The notes under the pieces: generated by a model
What the model was told of the DNA's origin: nothing
Databases searched by the model: none
The model's input: only the letters and a program-made list of their open reading frames with translations
Shown here: positions 37,842-47,227 of the stretch, piece after piece
Layout of the letters: each line of letters starts with the position of its first letter
How positions within the stretch are numbered: position 1 is the first letter of the stretch
Assembly (NCBI GenBank): GCA_023246655.1
Contig: JAHFHX010000004.1
Location: 2,762 to 66,761 of the forward strand
Direction of reading: 5' to 3'
Origin: Candidatus Magasanikiibacteriota bacterium
Lineage (GTDB): Bacteria > Patescibacteriota > Patescibacteriia > Magasanikbacterales > GWA2-37-8
DNA: 64,000 nt
Made by a program: the position numbers and the translations under genes

Positions 37842-37990
37842 ATACCGTTTTGTCATCCCGAGCAAGCCTTCCGCCAAAGGCGGACACAGCGCGAGGCCTG
37901 CCCGCCTCTGGCGGGAGGGATCTCTCTGTCCGTCGTTGGTTGATTGAGACAGAGATTCCTCACCCCTGCGACGGGGATTCGGAATGACAA
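37842..37990. repeat. family-A element, long intergenic variant (149 bp)
   Basis: It starts GTCATCCCGAGC, contains GGGATCTCTCTGTCCGTC...GAGACAGAGATTCCTC...CGACGGGGATTCGGAATGACAAG, and has an extra internal hairpin. Confidence 0.85.
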
Positions 37991-38055
37991 GTGTTTTTTG
38001 GCTAAAATGAAAGAGGTTAATTAGCATAACTTGTGAATTAGAACTTTGAAATTTT

Positions 38056-38508
38056 TTAACTTTGTTTCTTCAGTGGATGCAATTGTGCGGCGATGCTAAA
38101 AGCCAGGGCAATAATGACCAGATTTTTAATAATATATTGACCTTCCAGTGTTGGTACCAGAAATTTTTGCCAGGTGATAGCAGGAAGCAGAATGAGCGGT
38201 AGGATGGTGGTGATCATGTGCGGAACTAACAGCGCAATAGCAGCGCGTTCGGCTCGCGGAATAATAAAGAGTACGCCAATGATCATTTCATAAATACCAA
38301 AACCAATGATAAAAGAGTGGAATGTAAGAAAAGGCATTGTTTTGTCCAGCAACTCCGAGACGAGTGGATTGGCTGGACTGGCGCTGATAATTTTAAGTGC
38401 GCCAAACCAGAAGAAAACAATAAATAACGCCGCCCGAGCCAGCGCAGGGCTTATTTTTTTAAAAAACTCAATGAGGGTGCGGTCGGTGGTGGGGAGGGAC
38501 TCAATCAT
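38056..38508 (-). CDS. DoxX-family membrane protein
   Basis: A 150-aa protein with four TM helices in a DoxX-like pattern. Confidence 0.55.
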   Translation of the reverse strand: MIESLPTTDRTLIEFFKKISPALARAALFIVFFWFGALKIISASPANPLVSELLDKTMPFLTFHSFIIGFGIYEMIIGVLFIIPRAERAAIALLVPHMITTILPLILLPAITWQKFLVPTLEGQYIIKNLVIIALAFSIAAQLHPLKKQS

Positions 38509-38654
38509 ATTAATGGTTTAAGAAGCGGAATAACTTAGTATGAGTTAAGTTATTAAAGAATTATAATCTTTTTTTGGTTACCTGCCAAGCAATTGACGGA
38601 AGCTATTAGCTATGGTACATTGTAGCCTCACAAACCCGAAGGAGGAAGAAAAAG

Positions 38655-38978
38655 ATGGGCGAAATCACCATCGCTTTTTTTCAGACCAAGCAGGGAATCA
38701 AAGAGTCGGCTATGTTTTTTGGCCGGCTCAACCGGATGCAGGTGCAGAGGCGCCTGGAGGAAGTTGGCCGCGAGATTGCGCGGTTCGAGGCCTTCAACCT
38801 CGATCTCCTCAACGGCGGCAGCCTGCCGCAGGCCCTGCGGTTCATCCTGAACCCCATCATCGGCATGGACACGCAGCGGCGGCGGTCCCTGGAGCACAGG
38901 CTCTCCTTTGCCCTGCAGGCGGTGCTGCGCGCTACCCCGGAATGGTGGTGGCAGTACGCCGGGCCCCGGCGGCGCTAG
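38655..38978 (+). CDS. GC-rich hypothetical protein
   Basis: A GGAGG ribosome-binding site lies 8 nt upstream. The ORF is 107 aa and is followed by the inverted repeat CGCTGCGCGACT...AGTCGCGCAGCG. Confidence 0.45.
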   Translation: MGEITIAFFQTKQGIKESAMFFGRLNRMQVQRRLEEVGREIARFEAFNLDLLNGGSLPQALRFILNPIIGMDTQRRRSLEHRLSFALQAVLRATPEWWWQYAGPRRR

Positions 38979-39052
38979 CGGGGCAACCGGGGCAACGGCA
39001 ACCGCTGCGCGACTAGCAGACGTCAAGTCGCGCAGCGGCCCTTCATACTTAA

Positions 39053-39577
39053 TTATTTGGAGTTAAGATAGGCATGGATGATATTGTGAAAGGCAGGAGT
39101 AAATTGCGTGGGATTATTTTTGATATTTTCAAGGAGCTCAGCCCAAGTTATCCATATAGGTGGTTCTGCAACTTCTTTAGGGTCATGAAAGAATGGTCCA
39201 GGGTAAATTGCTTCATAGAGCGTTAACAGTTCACGGTTATTAGGGAAATCATTTTGAAAGAAGGTAATAATTTTTTTAATTTTGAATTTGGGCAAGTTAT
39301 GATTATAAAAAAGTTCTTCCTGTAGTTCTTTGCGAATACCCTCGTCAGCAGTTTCTCCAGCTAGAATGTGGCCTCCGGCAGCATGTTGCCAGATTCCAGG
39401 ATGTTTGGCCATACGTAAACTACGTCGCTGGATTAACGTTTCATTTCGTGATTTATCCCTAAAAATGAGGATGCTGGCACACTGGTGCAAAAGGCCTTTA
39501 GTATGTACTTCTGTCCAGGTGGCCGTGCCAATTTTAGTACCATTCTTGGCAACGATATCGTAAATTTCATCGGGCAT
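39053..39577 (-). CDS. NUDIX hydrolase
   Basis: Nudix box GGHILAGETADEGIRKELQEELF. Confidence 0.7.
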   Translation of the reverse strand: MPDEIYDIVAKNGTKIGTATWTEVHTKGLLHQCASILIFRDKSRNETLIQRRSLRMAKHPGIWQHAAGGHILAGETADEGIRKELQEELFYNHNLPKFKIKKIITFFQNDFPNNRELLTLYEAIYPGPFFHDPKEVAEPPIWITWAELLENIKNNPTQFTPAFHNIIHAYLNSK

Positions 39578-39733
39578 AATATTAGGGAAATTGGTTCATG
39601 AATCCTCGTTTGTGAGAGACACCCTAACTGATTTTTTCTATCTCAGCAAGTTTATAATTATACCTTCTGAGCCTTTGACTTATACAATTCTATATGTTAT
39701 TTTGGTTACATTATTCACCTAATTTTTAGGAAT

Positions 39734-40357
39734 ATGTTAAAGAGAGAAGGCACAGCGCCTCCACTAGTAGGCGCGGAGGGAGGCCAGGATGGCAAGAAAA
39801 GTTTGGCCCAGTTGGTACATGAATTGCACAGCCTTGTACCAGTTGAGCTGCTTGCTTCCAGTGAGGCCGCTGGGCCGACAGATCGGCTTGACGCTTTGGT
39901 AGAGAAGAACGCAGAGATAGAAACTTTATTAGCAGAGATACTACTGGCAGTACGAAACGAAGCCGCGGTGGCAGCTGATACTAGTAGTTCGGAGCGCACT
40001 TTATTAGATGACAAAATGAGATATATTGGGTTTCTAGAACGATTAGCTGATCTGTATGTTAAAGAACTTGATCGTTTTGGTAGAGCTGGAGAAAAAGATT
40101 TTGAAATGCATCAGTTAAAAACTGATGAGTCCTATGAACTTTTTAAAAATTTATGGGAAGTGCCACTTATTATTAGCCGGATTATTGACAGAATTTATCC
40201 TTCTAAGGAGGTAGGCACGGCTCGCCAGTCTTTAGATTCTCAAACTACCACTAATACTTCTCAGGCTGACTCGACGTTAGATGCTGACATTGGAAAAAGC
40301 ATTTGGATGGTTAGCATCTTAGCACGTAATACGTACGGTACGGTATTGTTAAACTAA
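39734..40357 (+). CDS. hypothetical protein
   Basis: A 207-aa ORF, acidic and helical. Confidence 0.45.
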   Translation: MLKREGTAPPLVGAEGGQDGKKSLAQLVHELHSLVPVELLASSEAAGPTDRLDALVEKNAEIETLLAEILLAVRNEAAVAADTSSSERTLLDDKMRYIGFLERLADLYVKELDRFGRAGEKDFEMHQLKTDESYELFKNLWEVPLIISRIIDRIYPSKEVGTARQSLDSQTTTNTSQADSTLDADIGKSIWMVSILARNTYGTVLLN

Positions 40358-41311
40358 GACAATTGGTTTTCCGTGGTTATTTTCTTCTCGAGCAACTTCA
40401 ATTTTTTTGCGAAACTCTTCATCCACGTCGCTGAGGTGTAGTAATTTTTCTTTTTCAACAAATTCAGGATCCACAAAACGAAATTTTTTATATCTTACTT
40501 CGTTGCTCAGCGGAAAATGACGAAGGGATTTATTTTTGAGAATTTGGAGAACTCGTTCGAGGGTCGGGTTTTTCGATCGGTATATTTTAGTCATAACCCA
40601 GTCATCGTCCTTCCAAAAATCATCAAAAGTGATTATTTTTTCATCCAGGGCTTGGCGTAAAACTTTAGCAAAGAGATACCATCGAGAGATCGACTCAAAT
40701 CCTCCCCAGTGACTTGTTTGTCGCTCGAGAAAATGTTCTGCAAATAGGAGCGCCGTTGTCTTATCATGAAATACTATTTTTCCTCTCCGGGTTGTTATGC
40801 CTATAAGGCAGCGTTCCACAATGGGAGCGGGGAATTCGCGTAGCGCATAATCAACGCGATCGGCGCAGAGCCCAGGAAGTGGTTGTTCGAGCAAGGTAAA
40901 ATTATGATAGTCGCTCATTTGGGTGGCAGTATAACCATATTGTTCAAGAATTTCGGGCAACTCTGAATTGGCAATAATTCGTTCGTGCTGTTCATCCTGG
41001 AAATTTTCCGTCCGACCATCACTTACCACCCAATCCACCGTATGGGAAAAGGCAGTATGGGAAACATCATGGAGTAAGCCGGCAATTTGTTCCGCTTCAC
41101 TCGCTCCGAGTTTCAGTAAAAGGAGCATAACGCCCACCGAGTGCTCAAAGCGGCTAAAACCAGGGAGATGGTAGAATTCATCCGGCATTCCATATTGTCC
41201 AATTCCTTTTAATCGTTGTAGCGTCGGTGTTCCGAGGAGTGCAATAATAGTTGGTGAGGCAAGGGTGAACGTACCATAGATTCTATCTGTAATGGTGAGT
41301 GGAGGAGACAT
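40349..41311 (-). CDS. HD-domain phosphohydrolase
   Basis: The motifs HSVGV and LLHDVSHTAFSH are present. Confidence 0.7.
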   Translation of the reverse strand: MSPPLTITDRIYGTFTLASPTIIALLGTPTLQRLKGIGQYGMPDEFYHLPGFSRFEHSVGVMLLLLKLGASEAEQIAGLLHDVSHTAFSHTVDWVVSDGRTENFQDEQHERIIANSELPEILEQYGYTATQMSDYHNFTLLEQPLPGLCADRVDYALREFPAPIVERCLIGITTRRGKIVFHDKTTALLFAEHFLERQTSHWGGFESISRWYLFAKVLRQALDEKIITFDDFWKDDDWVMTKIYRSKNPTLERVLQILKNKSLRHFPLSNEVRYKKFRFVDPEFVEKEKLLHLSDVDEEFRKKIEVAREENNHGKPIVLV

Positions 41312-41337
41312 AGTATAATCTTCTCTCTAAAATTAGA

Positions 41338-41757
41338 TTATGATAATAAATATAATCCAGTTGCCTCATCCGGTTTTCGCTCGATAGATTTTTTAAATAT
41401 CTGCACGGTTATTTCGCAGGTGGCAGAAACAATTAATTTTTTTACGTGTCCACCACGCACTGCCAGAGTGCTAGTACCAAAGCTGCCATGCAGATGAATC
41501 ATTGGTTTATTATTAAGAATAGCGATATTACCCAGGAGGCTCACGATTTCTAAGTCTTCCTTAAACTGATGATCTTCATAGGTTTTTGTTTCCAGATTAT
41601 AATACGCCAGTATTACTTCAGCCGCCGCGCCAATTCCAAAAATGCTGCCCGCGCCAATATTGTTGGTAACGCACCAAGTAGTAAGGGTTTCCAATACTTC
41701 TTCACCGCGGTCGCAGCGGAGGAGGCAGACGTTTTCTTCATGCGTAATTATTTTCAT
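41338..41757 (-). CDS. PPC/DUF296-domain protein
   Basis: The sequence GSIFGIGAAAEVILAYY...IHLHGSFG matches the PPC fold pattern. Confidence 0.5.
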   Translation of the reverse strand: MKIITHEENVCLLRCDRGEEVLETLTTWCVTNNIGAGSIFGIGAAAEVILAYYNLETKTYEDHQFKEDLEIVSLLGNIAILNNKPMIHLHGSFGTSTLAVRGGHVKKLIVSATCEITVQIFKKSIERKPDEATGLYLLS

Positions 41758-41759
41758 AG

Positions 41760-42239
41760 CTAGAGGGTAATAAAAGTTATTGTATTTTCACAATACGCTA
41801 AAAATTTTTTTACTCCCGCTCGCGGAATCACGAGTGTCGCCGTGTTGGTAAGCGGGTGGGTTTGGATCGCCTCATGTTTCATAATATCCTCGTCTACAAT
41901 AACATTAACTGCATGATGTACGTCGTTGATAAGCGCGAGGAACGTAACTGATCCAGGTGTGATGCCGAGATATTTCATGAGGCGCTCGGGCGAGGCAAAA
42001 CTGAGTTTGGTTTCTCCAACGAGTGCAGCGAGCTTTTTAAGGTCAGCGCGTTTTTCGGCAGCAATGACGACGAGCCAATGTTTGTCGCCGGCACGATTCC
42101 GGAGAAACAAATTTTTGGTTTTGGCACCGGGGATATCTTTACAGATTTTTTCTGATTCGTCTACGGTAAATACTGCTGGGTGATTATAGCGGGTGAAGGG
42201 AATGGAGAGACTTTCTAGAAGGGAGTAGATATTGGGCAT
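41760..42239 (-). CDS. YbaK/ProX-type aminoacyl-tRNA deacylase
   Basis: The motifs KTKNLFLRN and GITPGSVTFLAL are present. Confidence 0.7.
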   Translation of the reverse strand: MPNIYSLLESLSIPFTRYNHPAVFTVDESEKICKDIPGAKTKNLFLRNRAGDKHWLVVIAAEKRADLKKLAALVGETKLSFASPERLMKYLGITPGSVTFLALINDVHHAVNVIVDEDIMKHEAIQTHPLTNTATLVIPRAGVKKFLAYCENTITFITL

Positions 42240-42240
42240 G

Positions 42241-42609
42241 CTATTTCAATTTAATGAGCGCCGATTTTTTAGCACCATATTTATATTTCATCCATTTGGC
42301 GCTTTCCTCAAGCATCCACTCACCATATTTATTATCCGGGACTAACTGAAAATCAACCGACCATTTTTCGTTTTTTTTAGTTGGTTTAGTTTTGAGGAAT
42401 ATCACAACGTCAATATCTTGCGGTCGTATTTTTGCGGTGGTAAAACTACCGAGCATGTGTACCGAAGCAATGGGGAGAATTTTTTCTAGTTTTTTCATTA
42501 CCCGCTCAAAGTGTTTCCACATTTCTTTACGATATTTTGAGTTTAACAATTCTTTAGGAATGGTTGGCTTCATAATTTTAATTATTTTATTCATTCCCCT
42601 CCCCAACAA
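42241..42609 (-). CDS. minimal nucleotidyltransferase (Pol-beta superfamily)
   Basis: The GS...D.D signature is present (LGSFTTAKIRPQDIDVVIFL). Confidence 0.55.
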   Translation of the reverse strand: MLGRGMNKIIKIMKPTIPKELLNSKYRKEMWKHFERVMKKLEKILPIASVHMLGSFTTAKIRPQDIDVVIFLKTKPTKKNEKWSVDFQLVPDNKYGEWMLEESAKWMKYKYGAKKSALIKLK

Positions 42610-42646
42610 GGGGAGGGGCGCAGGGTGGGGTTATCGGGGAATTAAT

Positions 42647-43453
42647 TTACTCCAACGACAACAACCCCCGCTCCAATCGTTTTTTAAAATTCATTTTGAG
42701 AAATAATGTTGCGAAGACGAGATAGACAAAACTAATACTAACGCTCGTTGCTAGTTTCGTCCAGTCGAGTTGTCCAGTTTGGATGACGCCACGCATACCT
42801 TCAAATATGTAGGAAGTGGGGAGGAGGCGGGAGATGGCTTGTGCCCAATGGGGAAGAATTGAGACCGGGTAATAAATTGCGGAGAATGGCGCGAGGATGA
42901 CGCCGAGGGTCCAGGCAAAGGCTTGGAAGCTGGTGCCGTAGCGCAGAATGAGTCCGGCCACAAAAAAGCCAAGCCACCAGCCACACAGGAGGAGCGATAG
43001 GAGAAACGGAATGAGGTAGAATCCGTAGACAAAAATTTTTACCTGGTAGAGGAGAAAGGCAAAAGAGCTGGCGACAGCGGCCGTGATAGTTATTTTAATG
43101 AGGCCAAGGCACAGAAACCCGGCGATCCATTCGGAGAATCTAAGGGGCGAGCAGAAAAAGTTGAGCAGGCTTTTGTTCCAGAGCTCCTCGAGAGTGTCCA
43201 TAGGAATTTCCATTTGGACGCGGTAGAGAATTTCCCAAAAGATAATGCCGGTGACGGTAGCAAGCACAAATACCGGCGAGCCAAACACAGCGTGTGATTG
43301 TGCTGGGGCGATGGAGGTAAAAAACGTGCTGGTCATGCCCCAGAGCATGAGGTTAACCAGCGGAAATACAAACACCTCAGCCCAACGGTCCAGGTTTTTG
43401 CGCAGAAGATAGAGGAAGCGGAGGATGATAGCGTAGATTCTGGTAGGGTTCAT
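42647..43453 (-). CDS. ABC-2 type transporter permease
   Basis: A 268-aa protein with six TM helices, lying downstream of the ABC ATPase gene. Confidence 0.65.
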   Translation of the reverse strand: MNPTRIYAIILRFLYLLRKNLDRWAEVFVFPLVNLMLWGMTSTFFTSIAPAQSHAVFGSPVFVLATVTGIIFWEILYRVQMEIPMDTLEELWNKSLLNFFCSPLRFSEWIAGFLCLGLIKITITAAVASSFAFLLYQVKIFVYGFYLIPFLLSLLLCGWWLGFFVAGLILRYGTSFQAFAWTLGVILAPFSAIYYPVSILPHWAQAISRLLPTSYIFEGMRGVIQTGQLDWTKLATSVSISFVYLVFATLFLKMNFKKRLERGLLSLE

Positions 43454-43456
43454 ATT

Positions 43457-43804
43457 TTATTTTAGATTTGTCATCCCGAGCGAGCCTCGCGGCGACGAGG
43501 GATCCCTGTCCGTTATGTCCCAATACAAATCTTTCCATTTTGGGTTCATACTTTGAATTAATTTAATTTTTTTCTCTCGTCGCCAGGCTTTTATTTCTTT
43601 CTCACGATAGATGGCCTGTTTAATACCATTGTAATGTTCATAATAAACAGGTTTTTTGGTTTTATATTTTTTACTGAAACCACCACCTACCTCATCTTTG
43701 TGTTGTTCGACGCGTTCAATTAAATCATTGGTTACACCAACGTAGATCACATAACTAATACTCGCCATAATGTACGTGTAGAAATTGTAGTGTAATCGCG
43801 GCAT
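43457..43804 (-). CDS. GIY-YIG nuclease-domain protein (115 aa) nested in a family-A repeat
   Basis: The N-terminus YVIYVGVTNDLIERVEQH...YYEHY is the GIY-YIG fold. The last 15 codons (DRDPSSPRGSLGMTN) are encoded by the left arm of the repeat. Confidence 0.8.
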   Translation of the reverse strand: MPRLHYNFYTYIMASISYVIYVGVTNDLIERVEQHKDEVGGGFSKKYKTKKPVYYEHYNGIKQAIYREKEIKAWRREKKIKLIQSMNPKWKDLYWDITDRDPSSPRGSLGMTNLK

Positions 43805-43919
43805 AGCGGTTGATTGGACAGAGATTCCTCAGTCGCGCGAGTTTCTTCGGAATGACAGTTGGGTGGTCTTGATTGAGACAGAGATCCCTCACCCCTGCGA
43901 CGGGGATTCGGGATGACAA
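43457..43919 (-). mobile_element. candidate mobile cassette: family-A left arm, GIY-YIG gene, and two tandem family-A right arms
   Basis: The left arm GTCATCCCGAGCGAGCCTCGCGGCGACGAGGGATCCCTGTCCGTT lies at 43470-43514. Two right arms (TTGATTGGACAGAGATTCCTC...GGAATGACAG at 43810-43858 and TTGATTGAGACAGAGATCCCTC...GGGATGACAA at 43869-43919) flank the gene. The cassette sits between the ABC ATPase and permease genes. Confidence 0.6.
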
Positions 43920-44831
43920 TTACGGTTTAGTTTGTACTGTCTGCAAGAAATAATCTTCCAAACTCGGTTTCGCAATGCTAATTTCGGAATAGGCGATTCC
44001 AGTTTCGGCGAGGGATTGGAGAAATTGGGCAATAGATTTTTCGGAAACATCAACGGTGATGTATTTGCCGTCAGCGTGATGCGGGAGGTTACTTTGAGCG
44101 CAGTAGGAAAGTAGGCCGGTAGGATTGTAGGCGAGTAGGGTGATGTGGGCCACTTCGATTGAGCGCGCGAGGTTTTGGGGTGTGTCGTCGGCGATGAGCT
44201 TGCCGTGGTTGATGAAGATGACGCGATCGCAGATTTCTTCTACCTCACTCATATTATGGGAAGTGATAATGATGGAAACATTAAATTCTTGGCGTTGGGT
44301 TTCTAGAAATTCGCGGATATATTGAGCAACATCGGGGTCGAGTGAGGCGGTGGGTTCGTCGAGCAGTAAGACACGGGGGAAATTAAGCATGGCCTTGGCC
44401 AGGCCGACGCGGGTTTTTTGCCCGGCCGAGAGACGACCGAATTTTACGTTTAGTAATTCGGTGAGATTAAAAATATCGATAATTTTTTCCAAGCGTTTTT
44501 TGCGATCGGAAATTTTGTAGAGATAAGAAATGAACGTGAGATTTTCTTTGACCGTGAGAAGCTCCGGGAGACCAACGTAAGTGGAAGAAAAATTTACCTG
44601 CTCGAGAATTTCTTCGCGAGAGTTAAAAAAATTTTTACCAAAATAATTAATTTCACCACTGGTCGGTGTCAGCACTCCTAAAAGCATTTGGAGTGTTGTC
44701 GTCTTTCCGGCTCCGTTGGGTCCAAGCAAACCTAAAATTTCTCCTTCATTTAAACAGAAGGAGATGTTGTCGACGGCAACAAATCGGGCGGGAAATTTTT
44801 TTGTTAGGTTGGAGATGGAGAGGATAGGCAT
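43920..44831 (-). CDS. ABC transporter ATP-binding protein
   Basis: Walker A (GPNGAGKTT), the LSGGQK ABC signature, and Walker B (LLLDEP) are present. The start is set at MPILSISNLTKKF. Confidence 0.85.
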   Translation of the reverse strand: MPILSISNLTKKFPARFVAVDNISFCLNEGEILGLLGPNGAGKTTTLQMLLGVLTPTSGEINYFGKNFFNSREEILEQVNFSSTYVGLPELLTVKENLTFISYLYKISDRKKRLEKIIDIFNLTELLNVKFGRLSAGQKTRVGLAKAMLNFPRVLLLDEPTASLDPDVAQYIREFLETQRQEFNVSIIITSHNMSEVEEICDRVIFINHGKLIADDTPQNLARSIEVAHITLLAYNPTGLLSYCAQSNLPHHADGKYITVDVSEKSIAQFLQSLAETGIAYSEISIAKPSLEDYFLQTVQTKP

Positions 44832-44835
44832 GATT

Positions 44836-45420
44836 TTATCCAAATAGTTTTTTGTAAAGAGCCTGTTTCTTCTTGGCATCAAAATAGGCATAGAGCAAGT
44901 CGGTGCGCAGGCGGCCTTCGCGGAAGTTTTCGTTATGGCAGAGATTGATAAAGTCATCAAAAGGGATAAGGTTAGTAGTAATTTTTTCGCCAGCATCCAG
45001 CTGGGGTGGCTGCACATAGACGCAGTGGCGGGCAATATAGGTATGGACAGTCCACACTATTTTCATGTGGGGGTTAGTTTGTTTCCACAAAAACCAATCG
45101 GCCGTGCGGTAACCAGTCTCTTCTAAAAGCTCTCGCTCTGCTGCTGCCCGAGGCTCTTCACCTTTATCTACGCGGCCGCCTGGCAGTGATAAAAAGGGCG
45201 CTTCACCAGGTTGCTCTTGCTCTTGTAGCATAATTTTATCTCCTACCAATGCAATAATTTGTATCGTGTCGGGGCGTTTGAGCTTTTCAAAAGTTTCGGT
45301 AGTGCCATCGAACATTTTTTGTTGCCATTGATACACATCAAAAATGGTACCCGTGAAGACACATTGAGCTTGGGGAGGAAGTTTCGGTGGTTTGTTTGCC
45401 GTTAGCTCTTTTTTATTCAT
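44836..45420 (-). CDS. NUDIX hydrolase
   Basis: Nudix box GGRVDKGEEPRAAAERELLEETGY. Confidence 0.7.
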   Translation of the reverse strand: MNKKELTANKPPKLPPQAQCVFTGTIFDVYQWQQKMFDGTTETFEKLKRPDTIQIIALVGDKIMLQEQEQPGEAPFLSLPGGRVDKGEEPRAAAERELLEETGYRTADWFLWKQTNPHMKIVWTVHTYIARHCVYVQPPQLDAGEKITTNLIPFDDFINLCHNENFREGRLRTDLLYAYFDAKKKQALYKKLFG

Positions 45421-45430
45421 ACAGCCTAGT

Positions 45431-46732
45431 TTAATTTAACAATTGTTGTTGTACAATTTGTTCGTTTGCTGGAAGCAACAGAACATGTTTCTTCTTTTTA
45501 AGAACCTGTTTGAGTGCTGAGGGCAGAGAAATTTTTTGGTGGAGGATAGGTTCGAGCGTGTCTTTAAATTTTGCCGGGTGAGCCGTACTCAAAACCACGA
45601 TAGGATGACTAGTGCCACGCTGTTTTTGATAATGCCAGGCGGCCGCAATACCAACAGCCGTGTGTGGATCAATAGTATAGTTGTAATGCTGGTATATTTT
45701 TTTAATGGTCTGCTTTGTTAAAGCCTCGGAAATGCTCGTGCCGATGATATCGCGGCGTATAGCCAGCAGACTGTGTTTATAGAGTTCTACTAGGCGCGCA
45801 AAATTACTTGGATTCCCCACGTCCATGGCATTGGAGATAGTTTGGTGTGAAGGCCTTGGTTTAAATTTTCCGGTTTTGAGAAATTGTGGCACTACATTGT
45901 TACGATTAGTGGCAGCAATAAATTGTTTAATTGGTAAGCCCATTTTTTTAGCCATCAGGCCAGCTACGAGATTACCAAAATTGCCGCTGGGCACTACAAC
46001 CACTGGTGACTCAAAAATTCCAAGGCGGTGCAGTTCAGCAATGGCATGAAAATAATAAAATGACTGGGGCAGCAGGCGCCCAAAGTTAATAGAATTAGCA
46101 GACGAAAGATTTTTTTTAGTTTGTAACTTTGGGTTATTGAGCAGTGCTTTGGCCAGTCGCTGACAATCATCAAATGATCCTTTAATGGCGAACGCGTGAA
46201 TGTTGTTGCCATAAGTAGTAAGTTGTTGTTCTTGGAGGCGACTGACGCGTTTGTGAGGGTAGAGAATATATACGTGCACTCCGGGGACTTTATAAAAACC
46301 ACTGGCTACAGCGCTGCCGGTGTCGCCGGAAGTGGCTACAATAATATTGATGGTTTGGTTAGTCTGTTGTAAATAATAGCTGAGGAGTCGTGCGAGGAAG
46401 CGGGCGCCAACATCTTTGAAGGCGAGGGTGGGGCCGTGAAATAATTCAAGTACGAACAGATTTTTGTCGAGTTGACGGAGAGGGATGGGGAAGTTGAGGG
46501 AATCCTGAAGAATGGACTTAAGTTTGACTGTGGGAATTCCTGCTAAAAATTCTCGGGCGATTGTATGTCCGATGTCTATCAGCGATTGTTTATCAAGCGC
46601 TTTTAAAAATTTTTTAGAGAGTGTTGGAATTTTTGCGGGTATGAACAAACCTCCATCTGGCGCCAAGCCGCGGGTGAGTACGGTGAGAAGATCAGTTGGT
46701 GATATTGTATGATTGGTGCTGTAAAATTTCAT
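45431..46732 (-). CDS. thrC: threonine synthase
   Basis: The PLP lysine motif HGPTLAFKDVG is present. The protein is 433 aa. Confidence 0.85.
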   Translation of the reverse strand: MKFYSTNHTISPTDLLTVLTRGLAPDGGLFIPAKIPTLSKKFLKALDKQSLIDIGHTIAREFLAGIPTVKLKSILQDSLNFPIPLRQLDKNLFVLELFHGPTLAFKDVGARFLARLLSYYLQQTNQTINIIVATSGDTGSAVASGFYKVPGVHVYILYPHKRVSRLQEQQLTTYGNNIHAFAIKGSFDDCQRLAKALLNNPKLQTKKNLSSANSINFGRLLPQSFYYFHAIAELHRLGIFESPVVVVPSGNFGNLVAGLMAKKMGLPIKQFIAATNRNNVVPQFLKTGKFKPRPSHQTISNAMDVGNPSNFARLVELYKHSLLAIRRDIIGTSISEALTKQTIKKIYQHYNYTIDPHTAVGIAAAWHYQKQRGTSHPIVVLSTAHPAKFKDTLEPILHQKISLPSALKQVLKKKKHVLLLPANEQIVQQQLLN

Positions 46733-47226
46733 ACGTGACGTAGTACTCTTTCAACAATAGTAGTAATGTCTAAATCGAGGCAGGGAATAATGTGGTGCGC
46801 GTAGCGCTCGTACACTGGCGTGCGCTCAGTGTAGAGACCAACATATCCTTTCTCTTTAAAGTCCACAATGCCGCGGCTGTTGTCGGCGTTATTGCCTAAG
46901 CGTCGTTGTATTTCGGTAAGGGGGAGTTCCAAGTATATAATTTTCGATTCGTGTTTTATTTTTTCCATCGCCTCTTGCGAATATATAATACTCCCGCCTG
47001 GCGAGAAGACCAAATTAGTAAAGGGTAGCTCTACGGTGAGATCATTTTCTAGTTTAAGGAGCGCTTCTTGGCCTTGTTCGTCAAGAATTTTATCATGACT
47101 GACGCTGGTTTTTTCTAAAATTAAAATATCAAGATCGACAAAGTTCCAGCCGAGTTGATGAGCAATCAATTTTCCGATTGTTGATTTGCCGGAACCCGGC
47201 ATGCCGATGAGGGTGAGGGCGGACAT
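46729..47226 (-). CDS. P-loop kinase of the shikimate-kinase fold, embedded in the threonine operon
   Basis: Walker A (GMPGSGKST), a DLD substrate motif and a LID-like region are present. The protein is 166 aa and its stop overlaps the thrC start. Confidence 0.6.
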   Translation of the reverse strand: MSALTLIGMPGSGKSTIGKLIAHQLGWNFVDLDILILEKTSVSHDKILDEQGQEALLKLENDLTVELPFTNLVFSPGGSIIYSQEAMEKIKHESKIIYLELPLTEIQRRLGNNADNSRGIVDFKEKGYVGLYTERTPVYERYAHHIIPCLDLDITTIVERVLRHV

Positions 47227-47227
47227 A

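Noticed and set aside
38628-39026. 132-aa minus-strand ORF versus the 107-aa plus-strand ORF in a GC-rich island
   Set aside because: Same argument as above. The plus-strand ORF is preceded by GGAGG and followed by a dyad-symmetric terminator-like repeat.
42241-42609. Nucleotidyltransferase as half of an NTase/HEPN toxin-antitoxin pair
   Set aside because: No HEPN-like partner ORF is adjacent. Its neighbours are ybaK and an ABC permease.
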